Numbered from the stretch's first letter, positions 20,303 to 31,287 are shown. The stretch is DNA of 40,796 bases from Lachnospiraceae bacterium (GCA_017556515.1 JAFYOD010000150.1:1-40796); one strand, 5' to 3'. Made by a program: numbers and translations. The notes: generated from the sequence alone by a model not told the origin.

Positions 20303-21589
20303 ATGAATTTACAGGTAGAAAAATTAGAGAAGAATACCGCGAAACTTACAATCGAAGTACCGGTAGAGCAGTTTGACAAAGCAATTATGAACGCTTACAA
20401 CAAGAAGAAAGGCCAGTTCAATATCCCGGGCTTCAGAAAAGGTAAAGTTCCGTTCGCTATGATCAAGAAAGCTTACGGCGTAGGCGTATTCTTTGAGGAT
20501 GCAGTTAACGAGTGTATCGACGCTACTTACCCGGCAGCAGCTGCAGAGAGCGGTCTTGAGATCGTTTCCCGTCCGATGGTTGACGTAGAGCAGATCGAAG
20601 AGGGTAAAGCTCTTATCTACACAGCAACAGTTGCTGTAAAACCGGAAGTTACTCTTGGTCAGTACATCGGTTTAGAAGTTGAGAGAGTAAACTCTGACGT
20701 AACAGAAGAGGACATCATGGATGAACTCAAAGCAGAGCAGAACAAGAACGCTCGTATGATCACTGTTGAAGACAGAGCAGTTGCAGATGGCGACATCGTA
20801 ACAATCGACTTCGATGGTTATGTAGATGGTCAGAGATTCGAAGGCGGCCTTGCTGAGGACTACCCGCTTACAATCGGTACACACACATTCATCGATACAT
20901 TCGAAGAGCAGTTAATCGGTAAGAACATCGGCGAAGAGTGCGAAGTTCACGTTACATTCCCGGCTGAGTACCATGTAGCTGATTTACAGAACAAACCGGC
21001 TATGTTCAAAGTAGTTATTAAAGAGATCAAAGTTAGAGAGCTTCCGGAGCTTAACGACGATTTCGCAAGCGAAGTTTCCGAGTTCGATACTCTTGAAGAG
21101 TACAAGAACAACATCGCTCTTAGCCTCAAAGCTGAGAAAGAGAAATTCGCTGCTACAGAGATCGAGAACCGCGTAGTAGATAAAGCTGTTGAAAACGCAA
21201 CAATGGAAATCCCGGAGATGATGATCAGCGAGCAGGTTAACAATATGTTAAACGACTACGCTAACAGAATGCAGAGCCAGGGTATCTCCATGGAGCAGTA
21301 CATGCAGATCACAGGTCTTAAGATCGAGGATCTTGCTGAGCAGATGAAACCGAACGCTATCAAGAGAATCGAGACAAGACTTGTTCTTGAGGCTATCGTT
21401 AAAGCTGAAAACATCGAAGCTAGCGAAGCTGCTGTTGAGGCTGAGTTCGACAAACTTGCTGAGAACTTCAAGATGGACAAAGAGCAGATCAAGTCTATGT
21501 TCGGTGCAGAGCAGCTTGACCTCATGAAAGCTGACCTCAAAGTTCAGGAGGCTATCAGCTTCTTAGTAGCAAAAGCAAACATTGCTTAA
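20303..21589 (+). CDS. tig: Trigger factor
   Basis: IPGFRKGKVP signature, FKBP domain (IDFDG, FEEQLIG, TFPAEY). Confidence 0.98.
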   Translation: MNLQVEKLEKNTAKLTIEVPVEQFDKAIMNAYNKKKGQFNIPGFRKGKVPFAMIKKAYGVGVFFEDAVNECIDATYPAAAAESGLEIVSRPMVDVEQIEEGKALIYTATVAVKPEVTLGQYIGLEVERVNSDVTEEDIMDELKAEQNKNARMITVEDRAVADGDIVTIDFDGYVDGQRFEGGLAEDYPLTIGTHTFIDTFEEQLIGKNIGEECEVHVTFPAEYHVADLQNKPAMFKVVIKEIKVRELPELNDDFASEVSEFDTLEEYKNNIALSLKAEKEKFAATEIENRVVDKAVENATMEIPEMMISEQVNNMLNDYANRMQSQGISMEQYMQITGLKIEDLAEQMKPNAIKRIETRLVLEAIVKAENIEASEAAVEAEFDKLAENFKMDKEQIKSMFGAEQLDLMKADLKVQEAISFLVAKANIA

Positions 21590-21674
21590 TTACAAAAGAT
21601 AAAATCAACTGGGGGGTTGTTGTAGGAATTCTGCAGCAATCCCCTGTCAAGTTAGGAAAACAGGAGGAAATAAT

Positions 21675-22256
21675 ATGAGCTTAGTACCTTACGTACTGGA
21701 ATCCACCAGCAGAGGCGAACGCACTTATGATATTTATTCCAGACTTTTAAAGGATCGTATCATTTTCCTTGGTGAAGAAGTAAACGACGTAACAGCAAGC
21801 CTTGTTGTTGCACAGCTTCTTTTCTTAGAGTCTGAGGATCCGAATAAGGACATTCACCTTTACATCAATAGCCCGGGTGGTTCTGTAACAGCCGGTATGG
21901 CAATTTACGATACGATGAATTACATCAAATGTGATGTTTGTACTACATGTATCGGAATGGCAGCCAGCATGGGTGCATTCCTTCTTTCCGGTGGTGCAAA
22001 GGGAAAACGTTATGCGCTCCCGAATGCAGAGATCATGATCCACCAGCCGTCCGGCGGTGCTCAGGGTCAGGCAACAGACATCAATATCGTTGCTGAGCAT
22101 ATCTTAAAAACAAAACACAAACTCAATTCCATTATGGCAGCCAATACAGGTCAGCCGATTGAAGTGATTGAGAGAGACACTGAGCGTGACAACTATATGT
22201 CCGCAGAGCAGGCGATGAATTACGGTCTGATCGACCATGTAATTACAAAGCACTAA
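21675..22256 (+). CDS. clpP: ATP-dependent Clp protease proteolytic subunit
   Basis: [26 protein letters not shown]. Confidence 0.99.
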   Translation: MSLVPYVLESTSRGERTYDIYSRLLKDRIIFLGEEVNDVTASLVVAQLLFLESEDPNKDIHLYINSPGGSVTAGMAIYDTMNYIKCDVCTTCIGMAASMGAFLLSGGAKGKRYALPNAEIMIHQPSGGAQGQATDINIVAEHILKTKHKLNSIMAANTGQPIEVIERDTERDNYMSAEQAMNYGLIDHVITKH

Positions 22257-22295
22257 TAATTCGCAGTTATAGTTTAGAAATCGAGAGGTGTGAGC

Positions 22296-23597
22296 ATGCC
22301 AGTAAGACCAGAGGATAAAATCAGATGTTCTTTCTGCGGTAAAAGCCAGGATCAGGTTAGAAAACTGATCGCGGGTGCAGGGAATGTCTTCATCTGTGAT
22401 GAGTGTATTGATCTCTGCAGTGAAATCCTTGAGGAAGAACTGGGCCCGGATATGGAAGGGGCTCCGGATTTTTCCGGCATCAACTTATTAAAACCGAAGG
22501 AAATCAAAGCATTTCTGGATGATTATGTCATCGGACAGGATGAGGCAAAGAAGGTCCTGTCAGTGGCTGTTTACAACCATTATAAGAGAATTACTTCCAA
22601 GAGAGAAACTGAGATCGAGCTTCAGAAGAGCAATATCCTGATGCTGGGACCGACCGGTTCCGGTAAGACCTACCTGGCTCAGACTCTTGCGAAATTGTTA
22701 AATGTACCGTTTGCGATCGCAGATGCAACGACACTGACAGAAGCAGGATACGTTGGTGAGGATGTGGAAAACATCCTTTTGAAATTGATCCAGGCAGCTG
22801 ACAATGATGTGAGCCGTGCAGAGTATGGTATTATTTATATCGATGAGATCGACAAGATTACAAAGAAATCTGAGAACGTTTCCATTACCAGAGATGTATC
22901 CGGAGAGGGTGTTCAGCAGGCACTCTTAAAGATCCTTGAAGGTACGGTTGCAAGTGTTCCGCCGCAGGGTGGAAGAAAGCACCCGCAGCAGGAATTGATC
23001 CAGATCGATACTACCAATATTCTGTTCATTTGCGGCGGCGCATTTGATGGTCTGGAAAAGATCGTAGAATCCAGAATGGAGACTTCCTCCATCGGTTTTG
23101 GTGCGAACATTGCAGATAAAAATAACGCAGATATCAGCAAACTGTTAAAACAGGTAATGCCTCAGGATCTTACAAAATTCGGGTTGATCCCGGAATTTGT
23201 AGGTCGTGTGCCGGTAATGGTTTCTTTAAATCTTTTAGACGAGGCAGCACTGGTAAGAATTTTAACAGAGCCGAAGAATGCGATCACAAAACAGTATCAG
23301 AAACTTTTTGAACTGGATGATGTAAAGTTAGAATTTACAGAGGAAGCTGTCGAGGCGATCGCCCATATGGCAGTGGAGAGAAAGACCGGTGCGAGAGGTT
23401 TAAGATCCATTATGGAAGCTGTTATGATGGATATGATGTACGAGATCCCGTCTGACTCCAGTATCGGAATCTGCACAGTGACAAAAGAAGCTGTGGAGGG
23501 TACTGCTGATCCGGAAGTCGTATATCGTGATGTGACGGTTCCGAAGAAATCCCCTGCTAGCAGGGCAAAAAGAGAGAATAAAGGCGAGATCGCTTAA
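22296..23597 (+). CDS. clpX: Clp protease ATP-binding subunit ClpX
   Basis: CSFCGK..CDEC zinc finger, [11 protein letters not shown] loop; ATG 22296 behind gagaggtg. Confidence 0.99.
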   Translation: MPVRPEDKIRCSFCGKSQDQVRKLIAGAGNVFICDECIDLCSEILEEELGPDMEGAPDFSGINLLKPKEIKAFLDDYVIGQDEAKKVLSVAVYNHYKRITSKRETEIELQKSNILMLGPTGSGKTYLAQTLAKLLNVPFAIADATTLTEAGYVGEDVENILLKLIQAADNDVSRAEYGIIYIDEIDKITKKSENVSITRDVSGEGVQQALLKILEGTVASVPPQGGRKHPQQELIQIDTTNILFICGGAFDGLEKIVESRMETSSIGFGANIADKNNADISKLLKQVMPQDLTKFGLIPEFVGRVPVMVSLNLLDEAALVRILTEPKNAITKQYQKLFELDDVKLEFTEEAVEAIAHMAVERKTGARGLRSIMEAVMMDMMYEIPSDSSIGICTVTKEAVEGTADPEVVYRDVTVPKKSPASRAKRENKGEIA

Positions 23598-23699
23598 ATG
23601 TGAAATCGCTTTCCTATAGCTTAGAGTAAGGAAAGAAAGTGGGTTGCTGCAAAGCGAATTTGTTTTACAGCAGCCCATTTTACGATAGGAGAAGATTTG

Positions 23700-26015
23700 A
23701 TGGAAGACAAAATGATGACACTTCCGGCCATTGCCCTTCGTGGCCTTGCAGTTCTTCCGGAGATGATCCAGCACTTTGATATCAGCAGAGAGATGTCTGT
23801 CAGTGCAGTGGAACATGCGATGGTGGGTGAGCAGAAGGTATTTCTGGTGACTCAGAGAGATCCGGAAAAGGAAGAAGTGAAAATCGAAGATCTGTACCAG
23901 ATCGGTACCATTGCAAAAATCAAACAGCTGGTAAAGATGCCGGGAGGTCTGATCCGTGTGATGGTGGAGGGTCAGGACAGAGCAGAGATGGTCGGTCTTC
24001 AGGATGATGGTCCGTATCTGAAAGCAGATGTGGAATTATCTCCGTTGAAAGAAGAAGTATTAACTGATACGGTCAAAGAAGCTATGAGCCGTGTCGTAAA
24101 AGATAAATTAGAAGAGTTTGGCAATGCAAATCCAAAAGCTGTAAAGGAGTTCATGGGAAGTCTTCTCGTGATCCAGGATCTGGAAAAACTCCTGATCCAT
24201 ACAGCCGGACAGTTCCCGTGGGATTATCCGGTCAGACAGGAACTTTTGGAATGCGAATATGTAAGCCATCTCTATGAGCGTGTGGTTTATCATCTGATGC
24301 GCGAGATCGAGATCATTCAGATCAAGCGTGAATATCAGGGCAAGGTAAAGGCGAATCTCGATAAGAACCAGCGCGATTATGTGCTTCGTGAAGAACTCCG
24401 TGTGATTCAGGAGGAGCTTGGTGACGAATATACCGGCTCTGACGCAGATACATATTTAGCTCAGTTAGAAAAGTTAAATGCGGACAAAGAAGTAAAAGAG
24501 AAGATCAAGAAGGAGATCATGCGTTTCAAGGTTATGCCGGGCGGAAGCCAGGAAGCCAATGTGCTGCGCTCCTATATTGAGACTGTGATGGAGCTTCCGT
24601 GGAAGAAGATGTCCAAGGATAATCAGAACATCAAACACGCGAAAGAAGTTCTGGACGAGGATCATTATGGTCTGGAAAAGGTCAAAGAACGTGTATTAGA
24701 GTATCTGGCAGTGAGAGTGCTCACAAAGAAAGGCCAGACTCCGATCATTTGTCTCGTAGGACCGCCAGGAACAGGTAAGACTTCTATTGCAAGATCCGTT
24801 GCGCGTGCATTGAACAAAAAGTACGTGCGTATTAGTCTCGGTGGTGTGCATGACGAGGCGGAGATTCGTGGCCACAGAAAAACATACGTAGGTTCCATGC
24901 CGGGCCGTATCGCGGAAGCAATGCGTCAGGCAGGTACATCCAACCCGCTGATGCTTCTGGACGAAGTGGACAAAGTGTCCAGCGATTATAAGGGAGATGT
25001 TTCTTCTGCACTTCTTGAGGTATTAGATGGCGAACAGAATGTGAAATTCCGTGACCATTATGTGGAAATTCCGTTGGATCTTTCTAACGTATTGTTTATT
25101 GCGACTGCCAATACTACTCAGACAATCCCGGGTCCGTTATTAGACCGTATGGAAGTGATCGATGTATCCAGCTATACAGAAAATGAAAAGTTCCATATTG
25201 CTAAGAAATATCTTCTTCCGAAACAGTTAGAGAGAAACGGTCTGACAAACGGAAAGCTGGTTGTCAGCGATAAAGCTCTCGAGAAGATCATTCATAACTA
25301 TACAAGAGAAGCCGGTGTCAGAAACTTAGAACGCCGTATTGGCGAACTTTGCAGAAAGGCAGCCTGGGAATTCCTTGAAAAAGAGAAAAAGGCAATTCGT
25401 GTGACAGACGGAAATCTGGAAAAATATCTCGGAAAAGAGAAAATCACATTTGAACATGCCAATGAGGAAGATGAGGTCGGTATTGTTCGCGGTCTTGCAT
25501 GGACCAGCGTTGGTGGAGATACTCTTCAGATTGAAGTGAATGTTATGCCGGGTACAGGCAAGCTTGTGATGACAGGTCAGATGGGCGATGTTATGAAAGA
25601 GTCTGCTCAGATCGCATTGACTTACGTACGTTCCGTTAGTGAGCAGTACGAGATTGCAAGCGATTATTTCGAAAAACACGACATTCACCTGCACATTCCG
25701 GAAGGAGCAGTTCCGAAGGACGGTCCGTCTGCCGGAATCACCATGGCGACAGCCATGCTTTCTGCCGTGACAGGAAAGAAAGTACGTGCAGATGTAGCAA
25801 TGACCGGAGAAGTGACGCTTCGCGGACGTGTTCTGCCGATCGGTGGTTTAAAAGAGAAAACTCTGGCAGCCAGAATGGCTGATATCAAGAAAGTTCTGGT
25901 TCCGGAAAAGAACCGTCCGGATATGACAGAGATTTCCAAAGAAATCACAAAAGGAATGGAAATTGTATTTGTAAAGACCATGGAAGACGTTGTACGCGAA
26001 GCATTTGCGGAATAA
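23700..26015 (+). CDS. lon: Lon protease
   Basis: GPPGTGKTS, PKDGPSAG catalytic Ser, IGGLKEK. Confidence 0.98.
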   Translation: MEDKMMTLPAIALRGLAVLPEMIQHFDISREMSVSAVEHAMVGEQKVFLVTQRDPEKEEVKIEDLYQIGTIAKIKQLVKMPGGLIRVMVEGQDRAEMVGLQDDGPYLKADVELSPLKEEVLTDTVKEAMSRVVKDKLEEFGNANPKAVKEFMGSLLVIQDLEKLLIHTAGQFPWDYPVRQELLECEYVSHLYERVVYHLMREIEIIQIKREYQGKVKANLDKNQRDYVLREELRVIQEELGDEYTGSDADTYLAQLEKLNADKEVKEKIKKEIMRFKVMPGGSQEANVLRSYIETVMELPWKKMSKDNQNIKHAKEVLDEDHYGLEKVKERVLEYLAVRVLTKKGQTPIICLVGPPGTGKTSIARSVARALNKKYVRISLGGVHDEAEIRGHRKTYVGSMPGRIAEAMRQAGTSNPLMLLDEVDKVSSDYKGDVSSALLEVLDGEQNVKFRDHYVEIPLDLSNVLFIATANTTQTIPGPLLDRMEVIDVSSYTENEKFHIAKKYLLPKQLERNGLTNGKLVVSDKALEKIIHNYTREAGVRNLERRIGELCRKAAWEFLEKEKKAIRVTDGNLEKYLGKEKITFEHANEEDEVGIVRGLAWTSVGGDTLQIEVNVMPGTGKLVMTGQMGDVMKESAQIALTYVRSVSEQYEIASDYFEKHDIHLHIPEGAVPKDGPSAGITMATAMLSAVTGKKVRADVAMTGEVTLRGRVLPIGGLKEKTLAARMADIKKVLVPEKNRPDMTEISKEITKGMEIVFVKTMEDVVREAFAE

Positions 26016-26034
26016 CGGGAATTGGAGGCAAACC

Positions 26035-26661
26035 ATGATCATTAAAAATGTAGCACTGGAAACTGTTTGTGGTATTACTAGTACACTTCCGGAAAATACA
26101 AAACCGGAATTCGCATTTGCGGGAAAATCCAACGTAGGTAAATCTTCCCTGATCAATGCGTTGATGAACCGTAAGGCTCTTGCAAGAACATCTGCACAGC
26201 CGGGTAAGACACAGACGATCAACTTCTACAATATCAACGACGAACTGTATTACGTAGATCTTCCGGGATACGGATATGCGAAAGTATCTCAGACTGAGAA
26301 GGAAAAATGGGGAAAAATGATTGAAAACTATCTTCACAAATCCCCGATGTTAAAATGTGTGTTCCTTCTGATCGATATTCGTCATGAGCCGTCCGCCAAC
26401 GACAGAATGATGTATGACTGGATGGTTTACAACGGATTCCGTCCGGTTATCATTGCGACAAAGCTGGACAAGATCAACCGCAGCCAGGTTCAGAAGCATG
26501 TGAAGATGCTTCGTACAGGTCTTGGCATGGAGAAGAGCGACATCATTCTTCCGTTCTCCGCTCTGACAAAACAGGGACGTGAGGAAATCTGGGATCTGAT
26601 CGAGAAGATCGCATCCGGAGAGATGGATAACGAAGAAGTATTAGAAACAACAGAAGAGTAA
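26035..26661 (+). CDS. yihA: Ribosome biogenesis GTPase YihA/YsxC (EngB)
   Basis: GKSNVGKSSLIN, DLPGYG, TKLDK; ATG 26035 behind ggagg. Confidence 0.97.
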   Translation: MIIKNVALETVCGITSTLPENTKPEFAFAGKSNVGKSSLINALMNRKALARTSAQPGKTQTINFYNINDELYYVDLPGYGYAKVSQTEKEKWGKMIENYLHKSPMLKCVFLLIDIRHEPSANDRMMYDWMVYNGFRPVIIATKLDKINRSQVQKHVKMLRTGLGMEKSDIILPFSALTKQGREEIWDLIEKIASGEMDNEEVLETTEE

Positions 26662-26663
26662 GA

Positions 26664-26708
26664 ATAAACAGCTCCGAACCGGTAAAACCGGCTCGGAGTT
26701 GTTTGTAT
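26664..26708. terminator. Bidirectional terminator after yihA
   Basis: aaacagctccga...tcggagttgttt stem between convergent genes. Confidence 0.75.
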
Positions 26709-26717
26709 GTCCATAAA

Positions 26718-26945
26718 TTAATTCAGTTTATTATCTGTATTTATCGCAGCCTGACGGGTTTTGATCTTGCCATATTCCTGGAATACAGCTTTAGCCAGTG
26801 TTAAAATGCAGATCGGAAGCGTATAGAGCAGGAACAGTTTAATCTTCAGTCCCTTCACTGTCTTTTTCAACTTTTTGATCTGCGGATCAAAAAGCCCTTT
26901 CTTTTTTTTCTTAAAAAACGGAAGCTTCTCAAGTAACTGTTTCAT
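26718..26945 (-). CDS. Small basic hypothetical protein with one hydrophobic segment (75 aa)
   Basis: ATG at 26945 preceded by aggagg RBS, just downstream of DUF4364-like gene; MKQLLEKLPFF...LFLLYTLPICILTLA. Confidence 0.65.
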   Translation of the reverse strand: MKQLLEKLPFFKKKKKGLFDPQIKKLKKTVKGLKIKLFLLYTLPICILTLAKAVFQEYGKIKTRQAAINTDNKLN

Positions 26946-26959
26946 AGGAACCCTCCTGA

Positions 26960-27484
26960 TTACTGGGATTTCATCAATGTTCTCATCACATAAGAATAAA
27001 TTTCCTGGCTGCGGTCTTTCCAGTGGCCACACATGATCTCCGCCTGATCTTTGTCCGGAACAGAGACATCCAGATTGATCAAGATATTCTTACCTTCACG
27101 TACCTCGCAATGAACAATATAATCCTGAGTGTCAGATTTGTAGAAATCAGAGATCACGCCAACTTCGCTGCGAAGACGGAACTTGTTTTCCTTTAAATAG
27201 GTGTCGATATCTTCAACGATCGCAGAAGAAATATTTTTTCCGAAGAAGGAAAGGGTTTCATCGCCTTCTTTTGTAATCTCATAGCGGGAGGTATTGTGGA
27301 TGGATTCCATCTTTACCAGACCGGCTTCACGAAGCTCATTTAACGCCTGCTGGAGTGTGAAATAAGTCGTGTATTCATGATCCAGGAAAAAATCTGTCAG
27401 CTGTGCATTGGTCAAAGGAAAATTTACATGACCAAGCATGTACAAGATCATTAATTTATATAAGGTGATCGGATCCGAAAACAT
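26960..27484 (-). CDS. DUF4364-like winged-helix protein
   Basis: YKLMILYML..VNFPLTNAQL, YFTLQQALNEL, YEITKEG wHTH pattern; RBS aaggag. Confidence 0.82.
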   Translation of the reverse strand: MFSDPITLYKLMILYMLGHVNFPLTNAQLTDFFLDHEYTTYFTLQQALNELREAGLVKMESIHNTSRYEITKEGDETLSFFGKNISSAIVEDIDTYLKENKFRLRSEVGVISDFYKSDTQDYIVHCEVREGKNILINLDVSVPDKDQAEIMCGHWKDRSQEIYSYVMRTLMKSQ

Positions 27485-27542
27485 AAATATAGTACTCCTT
27501 TAAGTGGAATTTTCTTAAAATTAAGAAAAAGTTAACAATTCT

Positions 27543-27571
27543 ATTCTACAGGGTTATGACGTTCTGTTCAA
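27543..27571 (-). promoter_or_regulatory. SigA promoter of DUF4364-like gene
   Basis: Minus strand TTGAAC, 17 nt, TAGAAT. Confidence 0.6.
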
Positions 27572-27599
27572 GTGTTTTTCGGGAGAAATTTATCGGAAA

Positions 27600-27649
27600 T
27601 TCGACAAAAATTGTAGTGTAATTGAAGTGAAAATATGATATGATATGAT
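27600..27649 (+). promoter_or_regulatory. Putative promoter of the three-gene module with adjacent Spo0A-box match
   Basis: TTCGACA (reverse of TGTCGAA) at 27600-27606; TTGTAG, 17 nt, TATGAT; tandem TATGA repeats give alternative -10s. Confidence 0.45.
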
Positions 27650-27691
27650 AGTTAAAGACTATTCAGTGATAAAATGTTAGGGTGACAGACT

Positions 27692-30600
27692 ATGAGAGAA
27701 CGGATCAATCGCCTTGCAAGAGGAATCGTAGACGCAGAACTGCCAAAACTTCATCTCTCCCAGACTTCTGTGGAAGAGACTTTGGTATGCGATACTGTAT
27801 ATAAAAGAGAGTTATACATTTCCAGTGAAAATACTTTATATATCAAAGGCCTGGCGTATTCCAGTCACACACGCGTAAAAATCGTGAACAGCGCGTTTGG
27901 CGGCCTTCGAAATCATATTACGTATGAAGTGGACACTTCCTGGTGCGAAGACGGAGACACCATCAAGGGTTCTATTTATCTTGTGACAAACAGTGGGGAA
28001 CTGGAGGTTCCTTTTATTTTTCATGTAGAAATGACAGCATCTTTGCGTGTTCTTGCTAATTTAAAGACTGTTGATGATTTCGTAGAACTGGCACAGAAAG
28101 ACATGGACCTGGCCTTACGCCTGATGGAGTACCGTGATTTTATCGAAGCTCCGTTTATGCAGGACATGCATGTGCGAACCGTGTATGAAGGGCTGAAAGG
28201 ACATGGAAACCGCCAGAATGCACTGGAGGAGTTTTTCCTTGCTCTTGGTGTAAAGGAACCAATTCAGCTGATCTTATCTACAGCCAAAAAAAATTACGAC
28301 AATCCGACGGATGTGATCAGTGATAAAGTCGTTTTAAAGAAAAATACCTGGGGATATATTTATATTGAAGTTCGTGCAGACGGGGATTTTATCGAATTAC
28401 CGAAAAAGGTGATCACACAGGCAGATTTTGAAGATGATCGTTTTGATCTTCGTTTTAAGATCCATCCGGAGCGCATGCACAGAGGTAAAAACCTTGGAGC
28501 GATCAAATTACTGACTGTTCATGGAGATACTTTGATCCGCATTGAAGCAATGGGCGACTCGACTGTTGATATTACCGGTCGTGAGCATGAGATCAGCAAA
28601 GCCGGTATCAGCAGATATTTTAAGCTTCGTGAGGATTACGAGAGTAAAACCTATGAGGAGGCACAGACACTCAACAAACTCCAGAAAGAACTGGATGCGA
28701 TCCGAGGTGCCAACGGCAATTCTCTGGTACTTTCTCTGCTGCAGGCTGAGACATATCTGGATTCCGGTCGTGTGGATCAGGCAGCACTTTGCTTGGATGA
28801 CTGTCGTGAGGAGATTGTACATGAGCGTGAAAAACTAGGAACGTTGTATTGCTTCTATCAGTATTTACAGTATCGTACAATCCCGTCTCCGGATAAAAAA
28901 GAAGCGGTTCTTCGTCTTTTCCGCAAAAAACTGGACGACAAAAAAGGGCGTTTCTATTTACAAATGTTAATGTTAAAGCTGGATCCGCCGTCAGATGATG
29001 AGGCTCCGGCACTTTACGAAAGCTTTAAACAGCAGTACAAAAACGGCTGTCACAGCCCATTCTTATATATTGAAACATGTAAGTTACTGGAAGCGCACCC
29101 GGAACTCCTCAGTTCCATGGATGCCTTTGAGATTCATGCCCTTTATTATGGTGCGAAAAACGGTATGATCGGAGAAACTCTGGCAGTGATGATCGCCTCT
29201 CTGGCGCCTGGAACCAAGTTTTTCCATCGTTTACATTATCGCATCTTAACAACCCTATACGAGCGTTTCTCAACAAAGGCGATGCTGACAGCCATTTGTT
29301 GTATTCTGATCAAGGGTAATGTGCGAAATGAAAAGAGTTTCGTGTGGTATCAGCGAGGAATCGAAGAGGAGATCAGCCTGACTAGACTGTATGAATACTT
29401 CCTGTATTCTCTCCCGAAGGATTATGACCGGATGATGCCGAAACAAGTGCTTTTATACTTCTCTTATGAGCATAGTCACTTGGACCGCAGAAGTCGTTCT
29501 GTTCTATATAAGAATGTTTTGACTTATGTGGAAGCCGGTACTAAGTTATATAAATCTTACGAACGCTTCATGGAGCAGTTTGCCATGGAGCAGTTGTTTG
29601 AATCCAGGATCAACAGCCGACTGGCTGTGATCTATAAGCACATGATCTACAAAGATATGATCGACCATCAGGTGGCGGCTGTCCTTCCTGCGATCTTAAA
29701 ATCCAACAAGATCGTTTGTGAAGATCGTGCCATGAAATATGTGATCGTGTGTAATGAACTTTTGATGGGAGAGGATGCATATCCTCTGCAGGACGGTTCG
29801 GCATATGTTCCTCTGTTCTTTGAGAACAGTGTGCTTATGTTCCAGGATGCCTATGGAAATCGTTATGTGGAAGTTCCGCATACGAAGGAAGCCGTTCTCT
29901 GCGAACCGGAGATGGAAAAGAAATGCTTTGAGATCCTTCCGGACCATCCGATGTTAAAAATGCGTGCATGTCAGGAAATCATGGAAAAGGATGTACTCGA
30001 TGATGCTGACGCGAGGATGATCGAGCGTGCACTGGAAGAACTTCCGGTAAAACCGCTATATCAGCAGAAGATGCTGACCAAGATTATTTCTTATTATAAA
30101 GAACAGGTAGAACATGAAGATGAGGCAATGGCTGCAGAAAGTGGCAATTACCTTCTCTGCCTGAACAAAAACAAGCTTTCCAGAGACGAGCGTGTGGATA
30201 TTTGTGAAACATTGATCAATCAGAATTATTTCACAGAGAGTTATGACATGATCAAGGAGTTTGGTGAAGACAAGATCCGCATCAAGAGACTCTTAAAACT
30301 TTGCAACAAGATGATACTGGAGCATCTGTTTGACGAAGATGAACTCCTGGTACATCTGGCATACCGTGTGTTTGCGGCCGGTCAGAGTGATCAGGTACTG
30401 TTAGATTATCTTTGCGAACATTATAACGGAACCAGTGAATCCATGTACAAGATCCTTGTGCAGGCAATCCGTGAGCATGTGGAAACCTATGATCTGGAAG
30501 AGCGTCTTCTTGCTCAGATCTTATTTACATCCGGTGATAAATATCTGGATACCGTATTTGATTTTTATGCGAGCAGAAAGAAGACCAACGAAACACTGGT

Positions 30601-31270
30601 AAAAGCATATTTTACGATCAAGTGTGTCGGCTATTTCTTACAAGATAAAGTTCCGGGTGATAAAGTTTTTGCGTATCTGGAGGGAGCTGTAAATTCCAGT
30701 TCTGAGATCCGCAAAGTTCCGGAGATCTATCTTCTGGCTTTAACAAAGTTCTATTCCGGCCTTCCGTCTTTAGACGAGGAACAGAAAGCACTTTGTAAAC
30801 GAGTGATGGCGTTCCTGACAGGTCAGGGAATGATCTTCGCTTATTTTAAGAAACTTGCTGCTTATGCAGACATTCCGGGAGATATCATGGACAAAGAGAT
30901 CATTGAGTATCACGGATCTCCGTATGGTCGTCCGATCCTCAGGATCCGCATTCTTCCTGATCAGGAAGATTTCTTTGAAGAAGAACTTCGTATGGTCTAT
31001 AAAGGAATCTATATCCGCCAGAAGTTACTCTTTGAGGGTGAAATTCTGGAATATGAAGTATATGAAGAAGAGGACGGAGTTCTGGTGAAGAAAGCCGAGG
31101 GTGAGCTTTCCTGCACCGAGGTTCCGGCTGGAGATAAGAGAAATCGTTTCTCTTGCCTGAATGCGATGACCCTTCATCTTCAGACAAAAGATGACCGTAA
31201 ATTAAAAGAAACAATGGTAAAATACGTAACCGACAATCTGGCTGTGGAAAAACTGTTCCCGCTGGCATAA
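27692..31270 (+). CDS. Large uncharacterised cytoplasmic protein (DUF5717-like)
   Basis: 1192-aa ORF, no signal peptide or TM; N-terminal beta-rich domains, then helical repeats. Confidence 0.8.
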   Translation: MRERINRLARGIVDAELPKLHLSQTSVEETLVCDTVYKRELYISSENTLYIKGLAYSSHTRVKIVNSAFGGLRNHITYEVDTSWCEDGDTIKGSIYLVTNSGELEVPFIFHVEMTASLRVLANLKTVDDFVELAQKDMDLALRLMEYRDFIEAPFMQDMHVRTVYEGLKGHGNRQNALEEFFLALGVKEPIQLILSTAKKNYDNPTDVISDKVVLKKNTWGYIYIEVRADGDFIELPKKVITQADFEDDRFDLRFKIHPERMHRGKNLGAIKLLTVHGDTLIRIEAMGDSTVDITGREHEISKAGISRYFKLREDYESKTYEEAQTLNKLQKELDAIRGANGNSLVLSLLQAETYLDSGRVDQAALCLDDCREEIVHEREKLGTLYCFYQYLQYRTIPSPDKKEAVLRLFRKKLDDKKGRFYLQMLMLKLDPPSDDEAPALYESFKQQYKNGCHSPFLYIETCKLLEAHPELLSSMDAFEIHALYYGAKNGMIGETLAVMIASLAPGTKFFHRLHYRILTTLYERFSTKAMLTAICCILIKGNVRNEKSFVWYQRGIEEEISLTRLYEYFLYSLPKDYDRMMPKQVLLYFSYEHSHLDRRSRSVLYKNVLTYVEAGTKLYKSYERFMEQFAMEQLFESRINSRLAVIYKHMIYKDMIDHQVAAVLPAILKSNKIVCEDRAMKYVIVCNELLMGEDAYPLQDGSAYVPLFFENSVLMFQDAYGNRYVEVPHTKEAVLCEPEMEKKCFEILPDHPMLKMRACQEIMEKDVLDDADARMIERALEELPVKPLYQQKMLTKIISYYKEQVEHEDEAMAAESGNYLLCLNKNKLSRDERVDICETLINQNYFTESYDMIKEFGEDKIRIKRLLKLCNKMILEHLFDEDELLVHLAYRVFAAGQSDQVLLDYLCEHYNGTSESMYKILVQAIREHVETYDLEERLLAQILFTSGDKYLDTVFDFYASRKKTNETLVKAYFTIKCVGYFLQDKVPGDKVFAYLEGAVNSSSEIRKVPEIYLLALTKFYSGLPSLDEEQKALCKRVMAFLTGQGMIFAYFKKLAAYADIPGDIMDKEIIEYHGSPYGRPILRIRILPDQEDFFEEELRMVYKGIYIRQKLLFEGEILEYEVYEEEDGVLVKKAEGELSCTEVPAGDKRNRFSCLNAMTLHLQTKDDRKLKETMVKYVTDNLAVEKLFPLA

Positions 31271-31287
31271 ATTAGGGGAGAACCTGA

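Noticed and set aside
26895-26920. Homopolymer A/T runs as phase-variation or frameshift site
   Set aside because: Explained by FFKKKKK codons; the frame is intact with no evident alternative product
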